Positions 20,287-30,038 of a stretch of DNA of 64,000 nt are shown in pieces. Both the position numbers and the translations under genes were made by a program. The notes below the pieces were generated by a model that was not told the origin of the DNA, ran no database searches, and was given only the letters and a program-made list of their open reading frames with translations. This stretch comes from Clostridia bacterium. Its GTDB lineage: Bacteria > Bacillota > Clostridia > UBA1212 > UBA1255. The stretch's first letter is position 1, and the number at the start of each line of letters is the position of its first letter. The stretch spans positions 4,647-68,646 of the forward strand of contig JAFZSK010000011.1 in assembly GCA_017620915.1 (NCBI GenBank). Reading direction: 5' to 3'.

Positions 20287-20724
20287 TCATGTCTTTGGCT
20301 GGCGGTTCTGCTTTTCGGAATCGAAGATCGCCACCGCCAGGTCAGTCATCTCCCGCCCCCACAGCTCCCCGGTTTTCTGTACCTCTGCCCACGGACAGAG
20401 CGAGGCATAGTTATCGTCAAGCGCGATATCATACGAACCGTTACGGTCGCTTACGCTTTTATACAGGTGCCTGCCCGTTCCTATCAACTCATGGGCGTCC
20501 CGGCGTTTCATGCCCTTGGTTTTCAGGTTGCTGAAGATCTCTGCGTTGATCTCATAGAGGTCATAGTATCCGGCCCAAAAGGTTTCGGCGGTATAAAGCG
20601 CTTTTTCGCTGTCATAGCAGGCCTTCCAGCCCGCGCCCGTCTTAAAACGAAGCGCGCCTTCCGCGAATTCCGCCGGAAGTCTTATGCGTTTTTTCTTCTT
20701 ATTATTCCTTGATATTTTTGACAT
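20287..20724 (-). CDS. Hypothetical protein
   Basis: 145-aa ORF with a GAGG RBS, co-oriented with its neighbours. Confidence 0.6.
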   Translation of the reverse strand: MSKISRNNKKKKRIRLPAEFAEGALRFKTGAGWKACYDSEKALYTAETFWAGYYDLYEINAEIFSNLKTKGMKRRDAHELIGTGRHLYKSVSDRNGSYDIALDDNYASLCPWAEVQKTGELWGREMTDLAVAIFDSEKQNRQPKT

Positions 20725-20746
20725 TGACCGGCCTCTTCCGCGATTT

Positions 20747-21328
20747 TCAACTTATGATCTTCTCAGGTCTGTGGGAAGAAAGGATCCTTTTCGGCCGGAA
20801 AGATAATATTCGATCCCAGTCGTCTTTCAGTTTACTATTCTCCCCGTATGCTTCTATGTATTCAAATGGTTCCAGATCACCGGCAAGGCAGTCACCGTCA
20901 TCCAGCACTAAAACAACACTGTCACCGCTGTGGCTTGGTGTGTGTACGATCTCGCCTGAGATACCCAACTGCGCCAGGAAGGCGCGGCTTGCTTTGCAGG
21001 AAATAAGCGTTGCCCGCGTCTCATCTATCGGCGTATACGGGAGCTTATCTCGCGCGAAAATATTGTCCGCACCGTGCACGAAGGGCTTTTGCGCATCGAT
21101 CAGCAGGAGTTTGACGCCTTGCTCCATAAGCTCGTTTATCAGCCCCATATGATCGGGGTGATAGTGCGTTGCCATTACATATTCTATGTCTTTTACCCTG
21201 ATGCCGTTATGCTTCAGCGCTTTATAGAACGCCGGCATAGTTCCGGCATGATCCGTGTCGACAAGCAGCCCGCCAAGATCGCCTTGTATGAAAAACGTAT
21301 TCGTGTTTCCGTATTTAAGTTTGATCAT
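20747..21328 (-). CDS. MBL-fold metallo-hydrolase
   Basis: THYHPDH, HTPSHS, GD, and a terminal H. Confidence 0.85.
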   Translation of the reverse strand: MIKLKYGNTNTFFIQGDLGGLLVDTDHAGTMPAFYKALKHNGIRVKDIEYVMATHYHPDHMGLINELMEQGVKLLLIDAQKPFVHGADNIFARDKLPYTPIDETRATLISCKASRAFLAQLGISGEIVHTPSHSGDSVVLVLDDGDCLAGDLEPFEYIEAYGENSKLKDDWDRILSFRPKRILSSHRPEKIIS

Positions 21329-21332
21329 TTAT

Positions 21333-22262
21333 TCACGCTTTAATAAAAGAAATTATCTCATCCCACACGGCGGGGTCCTGCTCTGTCATACGCCCGATTG
21401 GTTTATCGGAGAAATACTCCTTCCGGGCCTCGGGCGTTTCCAGCTGTTTCTCCGCTATCCGGCGGTAATATTCTCCGATCCAGGCGTTCATTGTCCCCAG
21501 CGCCTCGGAAGTATATTGCGGGTTGTGCTTTTTGCCCTCCACCGTCACGACGCGCAGGTTCGGATTGTCCAGTTTCAAAACCTTGCCGGCGTTGTATTTG
21601 TAATTGACCATGGGATCGTCCGTGGAATGGAACCACAATATCTTGTCCGGCGTGGAGGCAAGATAGTCCAGGTTGTCCAGGGCACCGTAGCGCGGGTCAA
21701 GCTTCTTTTCGAACCGTCTGACGCGGTTGGCCAGTAACCGGAGTTTGACGAAGCCCATCATCTCGTCCGCGATGCTGACGAATCCGGAAATGATCACCGC
21801 TCTTTTAACCGAATCGTTCAGGTGGGCAATATTCAGCGCCGTATATCCGCCCAGCGAGTGACCGACAGGAATGAGCTCCGCTTCCGGGCGCAGCAATTCG
21901 GTCAATTCGACCGCGTCCCGGGTGGGCGCGTTGACGGAGTCCATCTTCTCTCCCCCGGAGCTGCCGCAGCCCGTATAATCCAGCGTCAATACCCGTAACC
22001 CCGCCCTGCAGATCGTCTCTATCTCGGCCAGATAAGCGGTGTGGCCCGGACCCATGCCCGGGCAAAACAATATGAGCTTGCCCGCGTCGTATCCCGGGTA
22101 GCAATAACTGAAATAACGGATGGACACCCCGGCGGAATTGTTGAAATAACCTGGCTCGCAAAGAAGGCCCGGAAAATCCTCGGGGCAATAATACGGTATC
22201 GCCTCGTCCTTGTCGTACCGCTTCAGGAAATTCTTTTCATACATTTTGCTGATCAGGCCCAT
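21333..22262 (-). CDS. Alpha/beta hydrolase
   Basis: DYTGCGSS, nucleophile elbow GHSLGG, HSTDD and a terminal H. Confidence 0.85.
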   Translation of the reverse strand: MGLISKMYEKNFLKRYDKDEAIPYYCPEDFPGLLCEPGYFNNSAGVSIRYFSYCYPGYDAGKLILFCPGMGPGHTAYLAEIETICRAGLRVLTLDYTGCGSSGGEKMDSVNAPTRDAVELTELLRPEAELIPVGHSLGGYTALNIAHLNDSVKRAVIISGFVSIADEMMGFVKLRLLANRVRRFEKKLDPRYGALDNLDYLASTPDKILWFHSTDDPMVNYKYNAGKVLKLDNPNLRVVTVEGKKHNPQYTSEALGTMNAWIGEYYRRIAEKQLETPEARKEYFSDKPIGRMTEQDPAVWDEIISFIKA

Positions 22263-22398
22263 AGAACGTCACTCCTGCTTGAATTGCAAGATTATTATAC
22301 TGTTCCGCCCGGGACAATTCAAGAACATAAGGCGGTTCTTTCCGTCCTTCTTTGCGCTTCCTCTCTCATTTCACGGATTAAAATAATAAGTTCCGGAT

Positions 22399-23469
22399 TC
22401 AGATCGCCACGCAGTGGTTGAGGCCTCTAGTCAGGTCGGATCGGGCACGCTGCGCGTCGAAACCCACCAGCTTTATGCCTTTGTCCACCGTATTCTGATA
22501 AATGATCTCCATATCGTTAAGGTGAGGTTGAGTCATATTTACCACCGACAGCGATGGCGCCCCGCACAGAGATCTGATATAGTGATCGCCCCTGCCGCAG
22601 AAATGCATGCCTCCGCCGCCGAAGCGGTCCAGCAGCATCCGGTCGTAGGGGACGCAGAATTCGTCGTACAGCTCCGGCGAGAGATTCATTGCGCTGTCAC
22701 AGCGCAGCATGATGCTGCCCTTGTGCCAGACGTTGCCCCAGTGGGGGTTTATGTCCGGCCGCGGCGGGTAAAGTTTCTGCCACTCCTCCATAAAACTGAT
22801 GTAGGACCGGGTCAACAGCCCCAGTACGTCGTGGACAGTTTCCGGTTCGTCTGCGATCTGGTAGAACATTTCTTCGCCGAACAGCAGTTCGCAGTTGTCG
22901 ATCGGCCCCTGTATATCAGGGTGGTAGACCTGCACATATCTGGATATTTTGGGGTAATGCGCGAATATTTCCTTCACAAATTCGCCGAAGCCGAACACCT
23001 TCGCACCCAGCCCCGCGCGGTTGTCCGGAATGCCTCTGTCGAGGAGCTTTTGCATTGCCCCTTCGCCTGTGAGCGCGCGGGTTATGGGCAATGTATTTGT
23101 TTTGTACGGCATGATGTACACTTCGGCGCCGAACAGCGAAGTGCCGATGCAGGAGCCGTAATTGGCCCGGATGGCGAGGCTCATGGATCTTTCACGGTTG
23201 CGGTCGTTGTCGTCAAGGGCGTAGGATACTCCGAGCAGCTGCGAATACAGCATGCTGTCGTAGTCGGCCATGGCGTCGTTGATCATCATGCTTTTCCGCC
23301 CGACTGTCGTCAATGTCAGTTTTTTGCGCTTCGGAGCGAATATGTCTCCTTCGAACCGGTCAAACAGGAAGTCCCACCACTGGTCAACAAAATCTTCTTC
23401 GGTCTCCGGGTCTATCCTCCGCTCTATATCTTCGAGAAGGTCGATCGTTTTTTGTGTCAGCTTCATCAT
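22399..23469 (-). CDS. URO-D/methyltransferase-like TIM-barrel protein
   Basis: DIQGPID, CDSAMNLSPELYDEFCVPYD and MHFCG. Confidence 0.65.
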   Translation of the reverse strand: MMKLTQKTIDLLEDIERRIDPETEEDFVDQWWDFLFDRFEGDIFAPKRKKLTLTTVGRKSMMINDAMADYDSMLYSQLLGVSYALDDNDRNRERSMSLAIRANYGSCIGTSLFGAEVYIMPYKTNTLPITRALTGEGAMQKLLDRGIPDNRAGLGAKVFGFGEFVKEIFAHYPKISRYVQVYHPDIQGPIDNCELLFGEEMFYQIADEPETVHDVLGLLTRSYISFMEEWQKLYPPRPDINPHWGNVWHKGSIMLRCDSAMNLSPELYDEFCVPYDRMLLDRFGGGGMHFCGRGDHYIRSLCGAPSLSVVNMTQPHLNDMEIIYQNTVDKGIKLVGFDAQRARSDLTRGLNHCVAI

Positions 23470-23515
23470 TCACCTTTAACTCTGCCGCAGGGATCCCGCG
23501 AGCACTTGTTTTTTC

Positions 23516-25849
23516 TTATCCGATCTGACTCTGCATCCATGTCAGATGGGCGGCCATCCATGTATTAAAGTCGTTTCGCATCGCGGAGAGCGTCCGGTAT
23601 GATCCTGACTGGTAACGGGTGCTCTCCAGCTGATAGAGTTTGTTGTATGCGGCCTCATTGATCTTATCCAGATCGGCGTTGACGGCAGCGGTCACTTTAT
23701 CATAGGTATTGCGGAACAGTTCGGCGTATGCCTTTGCGAATTCCGGCTTCCGGGAAAGCTGCGGAAAGTAGAAGTGCGAGCCGTCCCTGTGGATATTGGC
23801 AAAAGAATCAATATTCCATTTCCATGAGTCAAAGTCCCAGTTCGGTCCCATGACGAGCTTGCTGTTCTCGGTGGAATCCTTTTTCCACATAAAGAGGTTG
23901 TTACCTCCGGAGTCCAGGAGACACATGTAGTCCGCTACCAGGACCCACGAAACGAAGGAATCCAGATCGATATAGTCAAGGTATGAGCTGTCGTTTCGGG
24001 AGAGAGCTCTCTCCAGTTCGGTCATGTAGTTTTTAATGTATTTGTAGGCGTCGGAATTTGCGTCGATATCATCGGTATCCGGATATTTGAAGGTGTACTT
24101 CATCACGAAGTTCACAGACGATGGAGTTGTGAAGTATAGCGGCTCGTTCCACCAGTAGGCGTCAAATTCGATGACAAATCCGTCATCTTCCACCGGGCAG
24201 CGCCACCTGGCGTCCCCTTTTCCGGTCCCTTGCTTGACGCATTCCGAGAGTATGTAAATTCCCCGGTAATCGCCGTTGACGTATAGAGAAACGTAGGTAT
24301 AATCCGGCGACCAGGGCGTACCGACAACGTCCGCGATCGCGTCACCGGCAACGCGGTAAATATCCGTTCCGTAATTGAGCAGGAGCCATTCTTTGTCGGC
24401 ATAGGACTTTCCGTCCGACGGGCGGTCAATAAACGGTGCCAGAAGATCGCTCTTCTTTTTCAGCTTGATCTTGTAAGGTTTCTTTATGCCGTAGGCGCTG
24501 GTATTGCCGCGGATCTTCATCTTCGCGCCTTGATACTGTTCCTCCTCGGAACAGTTTTGCGAGGAGTCGTAAACAACGTTGTCGGAGGCATCGTAGATCT
24601 TCACGATGCTGTTCTCCCAAGTCGCATTCGTGATGCCGGCGCCAATATTTCCGGGCGGCGGAGTTACATATTCGCAAGTCGGCCAGACATAGTCTTCGGT
24701 CGTGATCTCCACGCGCGGGAAGTCAACGCTTCTCGCATCGGGTACGTAGCAGGCACTGAAACTGACTGAACTCCCGATCTGCTCATAGCCGTAGCATTTC
24801 AGCTTGACCGTGAACACGTCGTTCTTCGTGAGCTTCATTATATCGCATTCGCCAATCTCACCGTCATATGTTTTGGAGATAGTGCCTGCTCCGCCGGTAA
24901 CGGTGACCTCCACGTAACGGAGCGGCTCTTCCTCCGCTTCTGTCCAGGTGACGATCAGCCGGCCGCTGTCCGATATACCGTAACCGTATGACCCCAGGAG
25001 CGTTTTTCCGTTTGACGCGTTCGCCATTGCCCCGGACGATGCCGTTACTTTAATGTTGCTGTTCACTCCCCGGATAATATAAATATCCCGTCCCAGATCC
25101 TCGATTTGCGCGTATGATCCTTCGACGTTCACCGATGAGATCAGATAACCCTTTTTAGGTTTCAGACAAAGCCAAAGATTCCCGTTCTCACGAGTCGGTT
25201 CCCCGCCGGGCGAATCAGATGTATAGAAGATGTCCGACAGACCGTCCGGAAGCTCCTTCCCTTCGGTATAAAGAGACGGGACGATGCGCGAGTCGGTTTT
25301 GACTGTACAAATATAGGCGTTTTTTTCATAATACTCCCGGGTCCCCGGTTCGGGTTCCTTCGTCGGATCCGGAGTAGACGGCACCGCTGTAGGGGTCGGA
25401 GTCTTGGCGGGGACCGGTGTCCCGGTAGGAGACGGTGTCCCGGTAGGGGCCGGGGCTTCGGTGGGAGTCGGGACTTCTGTGGAACGCGGGGTCTCGGTGG
25501 GAGTCGGGACTTCGGTGGGTGTCGGGGTTTCGGCAGGGGTCGGAACTGCGGTGGGAGTCGGGGCTTCGGTGGGAGCCGTGGTTTCGGCGGGAGTCTGGAC
25601 TTCGGCGGGTGCGGAAGGCGCTTCACTGAACGTTGGTTCCTCGCTCGCGGAGAGTTCTTCACCGGCTATGTCAACAATGTCCGAGGGATCGGGGAAAGGA
25701 GATGAAGAAATCCCGTTTTTCGGTCCGCAGGCAACAAGAGTCATAAGGGTCATCCAAATTGCCAACCCCAAGCATAAGCATCTCTTATATTTTGTTCGTA
25801 TTCGAAGGGTTCTCATAGGCAATTTCTCCCGGTAAAGTTGAACTCTCAT
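23516..25849 (-). CDS. CotH-kinase family lipoprotein
   Basis: KIRGNTS, KKPYKIKL, YVNGDYRGIY, MGPNWDFD; lipobox LVAC and a PT linker. The start codon is uncertain. Confidence 0.85.
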   Translation of the reverse strand: MRVQLYREKLPMRTLRIRTKYKRCLCLGLAIWMTLMTLVACGPKNGISSSPFPDPSDIVDIAGEELSASEEPTFSEAPSAPAEVQTPAETTAPTEAPTPTAVPTPAETPTPTEVPTPTETPRSTEVPTPTEAPAPTGTPSPTGTPVPAKTPTPTAVPSTPDPTKEPEPGTREYYEKNAYICTVKTDSRIVPSLYTEGKELPDGLSDIFYTSDSPGGEPTRENGNLWLCLKPKKGYLISSVNVEGSYAQIEDLGRDIYIIRGVNSNIKVTASSGAMANASNGKTLLGSYGYGISDSGRLIVTWTEAEEEPLRYVEVTVTGGAGTISKTYDGEIGECDIMKLTKNDVFTVKLKCYGYEQIGSSVSFSACYVPDARSVDFPRVEITTEDYVWPTCEYVTPPPGNIGAGITNATWENSIVKIYDASDNVVYDSSQNCSEEEQYQGAKMKIRGNTSAYGIKKPYKIKLKKKSDLLAPFIDRPSDGKSYADKEWLLLNYGTDIYRVAGDAIADVVGTPWSPDYTYVSLYVNGDYRGIYILSECVKQGTGKGDARWRCPVEDDGFVIEFDAYWWNEPLYFTTPSSVNFVMKYTFKYPDTDDIDANSDAYKYIKNYMTELERALSRNDSSYLDYIDLDSFVSWVLVADYMCLLDSGGNNLFMWKKDSTENSKLVMGPNWDFDSWKWNIDSFANIHRDGSHFYFPQLSRKPEFAKAYAELFRNTYDKVTAAVNADLDKINEAAYNKLYQLESTRYQSGSYRTLSAMRNDFNTWMAAHLTWMQSQIG
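25385..25620. repeat. 18-nt tandem repeats encoding a (TE/AE)xPTP linker
   Basis: Repeated TCGGTGGGAGTCGGG-like units. Confidence 0.8.
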
Positions 25850-25902
25850 GCATTCATTATATTTGAACAGAAGGGAAAAATCAATTTGTTTAGTAGTTAT
25901 TC

Positions 25903-25923
25903 CGACAAACCGGATTTTTATCG
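25903..25923 (+). repeat. Putative recombination site, orientation A (1-nt longer core)
   Basis: CGACAAA-CCGGATT-TTTATCG; overlaps the stop codon of the adjacent gene. Confidence 0.65.
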
Positions 25924-26625
25924 AGCAAACCCAAAAAAATCAGGAATAATCTCTGCTCCGAATGTCCGTATTCCCATTCTGTACATTGCTTTGGCGTGAA
26001 TTCTGTCATGCCATATGAAACGTCTCAATACTTTTCGCACAGACCATTGCTCGCCGTAGCTGCCCGTTACGGTATCAAGCGACAAATATCCCGCGATGTT
26101 TTCAAGTGTTTCAAATCCCCTTGCTCTACAGGAAAAGATGGTTCCTTCGTTATCCGATTTAACACCGATTTCAGAAAAATAGTATTCGTTGACATTTTTT
26201 GTGTGCTGGTACATTTCTTCCGCGGTGCGAGGAACAGAACCGTAAAATGTCTTGCGCCAAGGAAGCGTGCTCTTGTGTTTATCCGGAAATGAACTGTAAA
26301 GCATATGAAAATCATTTGCAGATTTCAAAGCCAACAATTTAAGATATCGGTATTCTTCAACCGTCAGAGGACTTTCTTCTGTTGTAAACAAAACATCACT
26401 ATCAGCATCTTTGATTTGCAGATCTGATTTCTTCTCCTGAACGATTTCAATTTCGTAATCATCAGGCGGCGTTTCGCCTTTCCAAAGTTGAAATCGCCGT
26501 ATTTCTTCCGGCATTTTTAATAATGCTTCTTCTTTAGATGCGCCTCTTGTAAAAGCACCCGGATAAGTGTTCACGTAAAGAATGGTATCATAACCATTAT
26601 GCTCCCACACGCAGCCAATTCTCAT
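25918..26625 (-). CDS. Hypothetical protein (HicB-like N-terminus, DinB-like C-terminal His motif)
   Basis: GGAGG RBS before ATG 26625; PGAFTRGASKEEAL and RRFIWHDRIHAKAM. Confidence 0.65.
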   Translation of the reverse strand: MRIGCVWEHNGYDTILYVNTYPGAFTRGASKEEALLKMPEEIRRFQLWKGETPPDDYEIEIVQEKKSDLQIKDADSDVLFTTEESPLTVEEYRYLKLLALKSANDFHMLYSSFPDKHKSTLPWRKTFYGSVPRTAEEMYQHTKNVNEYYFSEIGVKSDNEGTIFSCRARGFETLENIAGYLSLDTVTGSYGEQWSVRKVLRRFIWHDRIHAKAMYRMGIRTFGAEIIPDFFGFAR

Positions 26626-26633
26626 TTTTACCT

Positions 26634-26653
26634 CCAAAGATCCCGGTTTATTG
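26634..26653 (-). repeat. Putative recombination site, orientation B
   Basis: CCAAAGA-TCCCGG-TTTATTG, abutting the RBS of the downstream gene. Confidence 0.6.
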
Positions 26654-26656
26654 AGA

Positions 26657-27535
26657 TCAGAGATCCTTTTCGACAATGTAGTAACTGTGCCTTTTAGGCA
26701 GATCGGACAATACGCCGGCAATCTTATAGCCGTTCTTTAAAAAGAAATCGATGTTCCAGTCATATACTTCTTCAGCGATCAATTTGGTCGCTCCGTTTTC
26801 TTTTGCTTTCTTTTCAAAGTGTTTTAAGAGCAAACTTCCCAGGCCTTGATCACGATGATCTTCATTGACCCATATTTTCCAGATCCAGCCGTCGTCAGTT
26901 CCGGATACACCCGCCATTATGGCGGCAACGACGTTGCCGTTTTCATCGATCAGCTTTCGGTTGATCTTAATGTAATCGTGTTTGGGCTTGAGAAAAGGCA
27001 GATTATACTCATCCAGCTTATTGTCGATATACTCGCTGTCTGCTTCGTTTCCGTCCGCTATTTCATAGCCGATCGGTTTGCACGGCCTTTTGGTTTGAGC
27101 ATTGTCAAGCCGTTTAAATAATGAATAATCCTCGAATCCGGCATGATCATGATTGACCGTTCCGAAAACGGTATATCCATGCTTTAGATAAAAAGGCTTG
27201 GCCTGAAAATCTGCGGTATCCAGATAAGAAAGATAGCAGCCCCTGCCTTTTCCCGCTTCTTCCACCGCCTGTAAAAGGTTCGAGCCCAGTTCCCGCAGAC
27301 GGTATTTTTCGTCCACCCACATAACGTCAACGAACAGACAACCCCATTGATAAATGAATGCGATGCAGCCGGCAATTATGTTGCCGTCTTCATCTGTTAT
27401 CTTTTTACAGATCATCTCCTCTTCATCCTTAAAGCCGTCTGCCGCAGGCACAATTTTGAAATAATGCTCATAAACAAGATCAATTATACGCGCAGAATCT
27501 TTACGTGCGCTTCTTCTTAGTTTGAACTTTTCCAT
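26657..27535 (-). CDS. Tandem GNAT acetyltransferase
   Basis: Two GNAT domains (WVDEKYRLRELGS..FYLKHGY; WVNEDHRDQGLGS..FFLKNGY). Confidence 0.88.
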   Translation of the reverse strand: MEKFKLRRSARKDSARIIDLVYEHYFKIVPAADGFKDEEEMICKKITDEDGNIIAGCIAFIYQWGCLFVDVMWVDEKYRLRELGSNLLQAVEEAGKGRGCYLSYLDTADFQAKPFYLKHGYTVFGTVNHDHAGFEDYSLFKRLDNAQTKRPCKPIGYEIADGNEADSEYIDNKLDEYNLPFLKPKHDYIKINRKLIDENGNVVAAIMAGVSGTDDGWIWKIWVNEDHRDQGLGSLLLKHFEKKAKENGATKLIAEEVYDWNIDFFLKNGYKIAGVLSDLPKRHSYYIVEKDL

Positions 27536-27621
27536 ATTGATATTTCCTTTCGAATTTACTTAAGTGACTTTATAAACTGAAATCAGGGCTGAAGCCCCGG
27601 AAACAGTTGGTAATAATCCAG

Positions 27622-27780
27622 TCACTTATGATTCCCGAACAGATCATCCCGGTACGCATCCAGATATTCGATGCAATATTCGTCTATGCCAAGGAGCGCC
27701 TCCGCGGCGTATACTCCGCCCATCATATCGCGGCTTAAAGGATCCAGTATCGCACTGTCCATTTCTTCGTTTTTCCCCAT
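27622..27780 (-). CDS. Small hypothetical protein (52 aa), not in the ORF track
   Basis: GAGGT RBS, then MGKNEEMDSAILDPLSRDMMGGVYAAEALLGIDEYCIEYLDAYRDDLFGNHK*. Confidence 0.5.
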   Translation of the reverse strand: MGKNEEMDSAILDPLSRDMMGGVYAAEALLGIDEYCIEYLDAYRDDLFGNHK

Positions 27781-27791
27781 CCGTTTTACCT

Positions 27792-27811
27792 CACTAAACC
27801 GGAATTTGCCG
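27792..27811 (+). repeat. Putative recombination site, orientation A
   Basis: CACTAAA-CCGGAA-TTTGCCG. Confidence 0.7.
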
Positions 27812-27819
27812 ATGTTTTT

Positions 27820-28689
27820 TCAGAGGGACTTTTCCATGCAGTACATTGTATGCCCTTTCGGATAATCTTCAAGCACGCCCGTTACTCTTTCATAGCCGTT
27901 CTTTTTGAAAAATCCCACATTCCAATCATATGCTTCAATAAACACAACAGCAACACCGTTTTCCTTTAACTCCTGCTCTAACTCGCCAAGAAGCTGAGAG
28001 CCGATCCCTTGATTGCGGTACTTTTCTTCCACCCAAAGGGCATCGATATCTGTGCCGTTCCAACCATCAATACCACCGACAAACCCGGCAATGATACATC
28101 CGTTTTCGTCCACGATTTTTTTTCTCAGCGAGATGTATTCATGCTCATGAGGCGCAACGGTACTGTCATATTCGCGCAATTTGCTGGAAAGGATTTCTGC
28201 ATCCTTTTCGTTACCACGCTTGATTTCGTATTGTTGGCAATCTAACGGCATATATTCCGCGGAAGGTCGGTCAAGCCGTTTTGTGAGCATATAGTGTTCA
28301 TGACCCTTCGGCACATCTGTCATCGTGTCGTTCAGCATATAACCATGTTTGTCGTAAAACGCTTTTGCCTGCCAGTCAAAGGTTCCGACCATTGCGAGAT
28401 AGCAACCTTGTTCCCTTGCTTTACGTTCAGCCTCCCGCATCAGTGCAGAGGCCATACCCTGTCTGCGAAACGCTTCTTCCACCCACAGATCATAGATTGA
28501 TGCAGTCCTCAGAGCGTCTACAGACAAAATGCATCCGCCAAGGAGGTTTCCACTTTCGTCGGTGACTATATAAACAAACTCTTCTTCCTCCGCTTCTTCA
28601 GGTTGTGCAATTGTGTTGAAAGCATTTTCCACTTGTTCTTCAATATACTCCATATCGTCTTCTGAACAAGGTATCATTTCAAATTTCAT
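27820..28689 (-). CDS. Tandem GNAT acetyltransferase (paralogue of 26657-27535)
   Basis: AAGGAG RBS before ATG 28689; two GNAT domains with RRQGMAS and RNQGIGS. Confidence 0.88.
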   Translation of the reverse strand: MKFEMIPCSEDDMEYIEEQVENAFNTIAQPEEAEEEEFVYIVTDESGNLLGGCILSVDALRTASIYDLWVEEAFRRQGMASALMREAERKAREQGCYLAMVGTFDWQAKAFYDKHGYMLNDTMTDVPKGHEHYMLTKRLDRPSAEYMPLDCQQYEIKRGNEKDAEILSSKLREYDSTVAPHEHEYISLRKKIVDENGCIIAGFVGGIDGWNGTDIDALWVEEKYRNQGIGSQLLGELEQELKENGVAVVFIEAYDWNVGFFKKNGYERVTGVLEDYPKGHTMYCMEKSL

Positions 28690-28702
28690 TTCTGTTTCTC
28701 CT

Positions 28703-28722
28703 TCACAAATCCCGATTTGTCG
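28703..28722 (-). repeat. Putative recombination site, orientation B
   Basis: TCACAAA-TCCCGA-TTTGTCG, abutting an RBS. Confidence 0.72.
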
Positions 28723-28759
28723 ATATGATTCTATCACACCGGGCAAAGCTTTTCTACTG

Positions 28760-28815
28760 AAAACGGGGCTGGAATGTTGCTTCCAACCCCGCAGATGGAG
28801 GAGAGGATTGGATTC
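28760..28815 (-). other. tRNA 3'-end-like remnant followed by a terminator-like hairpin
   Basis: GGAGAGGATTGGATTC (28800-28815) matches the tRNA-Ser 3' end (50180-50195) at 15/16 positions. Hairpin CGGGGCTGGAA..TTCCAACCCCG. Confidence 0.5.
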
Positions 28816-28943
28816 CTCGCCTGCGGGTCGGATTTTTGGCGTACAGAATCGCCTGTGTGCCCTTCAAATCGATCGGGAGGCATAGTTGCCTCTCCGAACC
28901 GGAATGGCACGTAAAACGCGTTTTTGAGTGGATTAAAAGACCT

Positions 28944-28963
28944 CGACAAACCGGGATATGTAA
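28944..28963 (+). repeat. Putative recombination site, orientation A
   Basis: CGACAAA-CCGGGA-TATGTAA. Confidence 0.68.
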
Positions 28964-28977
28964 ATCTGTACGGATCT

Positions 28978-29871
28978 TTATTCTTTCTTTTTTACAGGAA
29001 CCCAGACCGCGCTGCGGTAGTCGGGATCGGTCTTTTCTCCGTTTATGCAATCATACCACTCAACATTTGCATTGCCGCAAAGCTCGTACTCCGGGTTTCC
29101 CGGCAGCCATTCCCGGAAGATCTGCGTGTTCACGCTTTGGAGCGCCTCCGGGATCGGACCGATGCAGTTGAACACGGCCCAGTCGCTTCTTGGAAATTCA
29201 TAGACGACCATTCCTTCCGGCACATCTCCGCCCGTGTATTTGCCGGCAACGAGATACCGGAACTTTCCGCCGTCGATATCGTCGATACAGACGCCGTATT
29301 CCCCGATGCAGTTATCTACCAATGCCTGCTCATAGGGATTTGCCGGAGTATTACCGGCATACACGTTGTAAGCATATTTTTCACAGATCTCATCCCAGAA
29401 CTTCGGGATCTCAGCGTAAGCGGTTTCATTGTCAAATACTTTCTGAAAGCCGATGACCTTAAACGGGAATATCGGTGTGATTTTGTAGTCCATCTGATTA
29501 CCTCCATGAACGGACAGTTTGATCGTCAAGGGAAGGAACGTGTTGATCGCCGCACCGCCGCGAACCTGTGACGGCGCCCGGCCGTGGAACCGTGAGAAAG
29601 CCTTTGTAAAACTTTCCGGCGTTTCATATCCGTACCGGAATGCAATGTCGATCACTTTGTCATCCGTCTCCCTCAGATCCACCGCCGCCAGATACAGCCT
29701 TCTGTTTCTGATATACTCTCCGATACCGTATCCGGTCAAGAGAGAAAAGCCCTTCTGAAGAAAGAATGGGGAAAAATACACCTGATCCGCCACGTCCTGC
29801 ACACTGATATCGTCGGTCAGATGTTTTTCAATATAATCGATTGCAGTACGAACACAGGTAAGCCACTCCAT
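28978..29871 (-). CDS. AraC-family regulator with a GyrI-like effector domain
   Basis: YIRNRRL..DIAFRYGYETPESFTKAFSRFHG; C-terminal IFREWLP..VWVPV. Confidence 0.9.
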   Translation of the reverse strand: MEWLTCVRTAIDYIEKHLTDDISVQDVADQVYFSPFFLQKGFSLLTGYGIGEYIRNRRLYLAAVDLRETDDKVIDIAFRYGYETPESFTKAFSRFHGRAPSQVRGGAAINTFLPLTIKLSVHGGNQMDYKITPIFPFKVIGFQKVFDNETAYAEIPKFWDEICEKYAYNVYAGNTPANPYEQALVDNCIGEYGVCIDDIDGGKFRYLVAGKYTGGDVPEGMVVYEFPRSDWAVFNCIGPIPEALQSVNTQIFREWLPGNPEYELCGNANVEWYDCINGEKTDPDYRSAVWVPVKKKE

Positions 29872-29987
29872 CTGTCGATCCTCCTTTTTCTGACAAGATC
29901 ATTATATCACTAAAAGCGATAAATGTCCTGTCATTTACTGCTCAGATCTGTCCCGCGAATACCGGCTTGCCGGAATCATTTTTATTC

Positions 29988-30007
29988 CTACAAACTGGAA
30001 TTTATCT
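29988..30007 (+). repeat. Putative recombination site, orientation A
   Basis: CTACAAA-CTGGAA-TTTATCT. A degenerate B-like site precedes it at 29953-29972. Confidence 0.65.
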
Positions 30008-30038
30008 AACCGCACCAAAAGAGTTGTTAGCATAAGAA

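Noticed and set aside
20270-20289. TGACGGA-ATCGGA-TCTGTCA, and TAATAAG-TTCCGG-ATTCAGA near 22384, as further cassette sites
   Set aside because: Right geometry and position at gene ends, but too divergent to call without a PWM.
22414-23568. 384-aa plus-strand ORF
   Set aside because: Shadow of the URO-D-like gene on the minus strand.
28754-29050. 98-aa and 71-aa minus-strand ORFs across the gene-less module
   Set aside because: No RBS or motifs, and they cross the sites and the AraC gene end.
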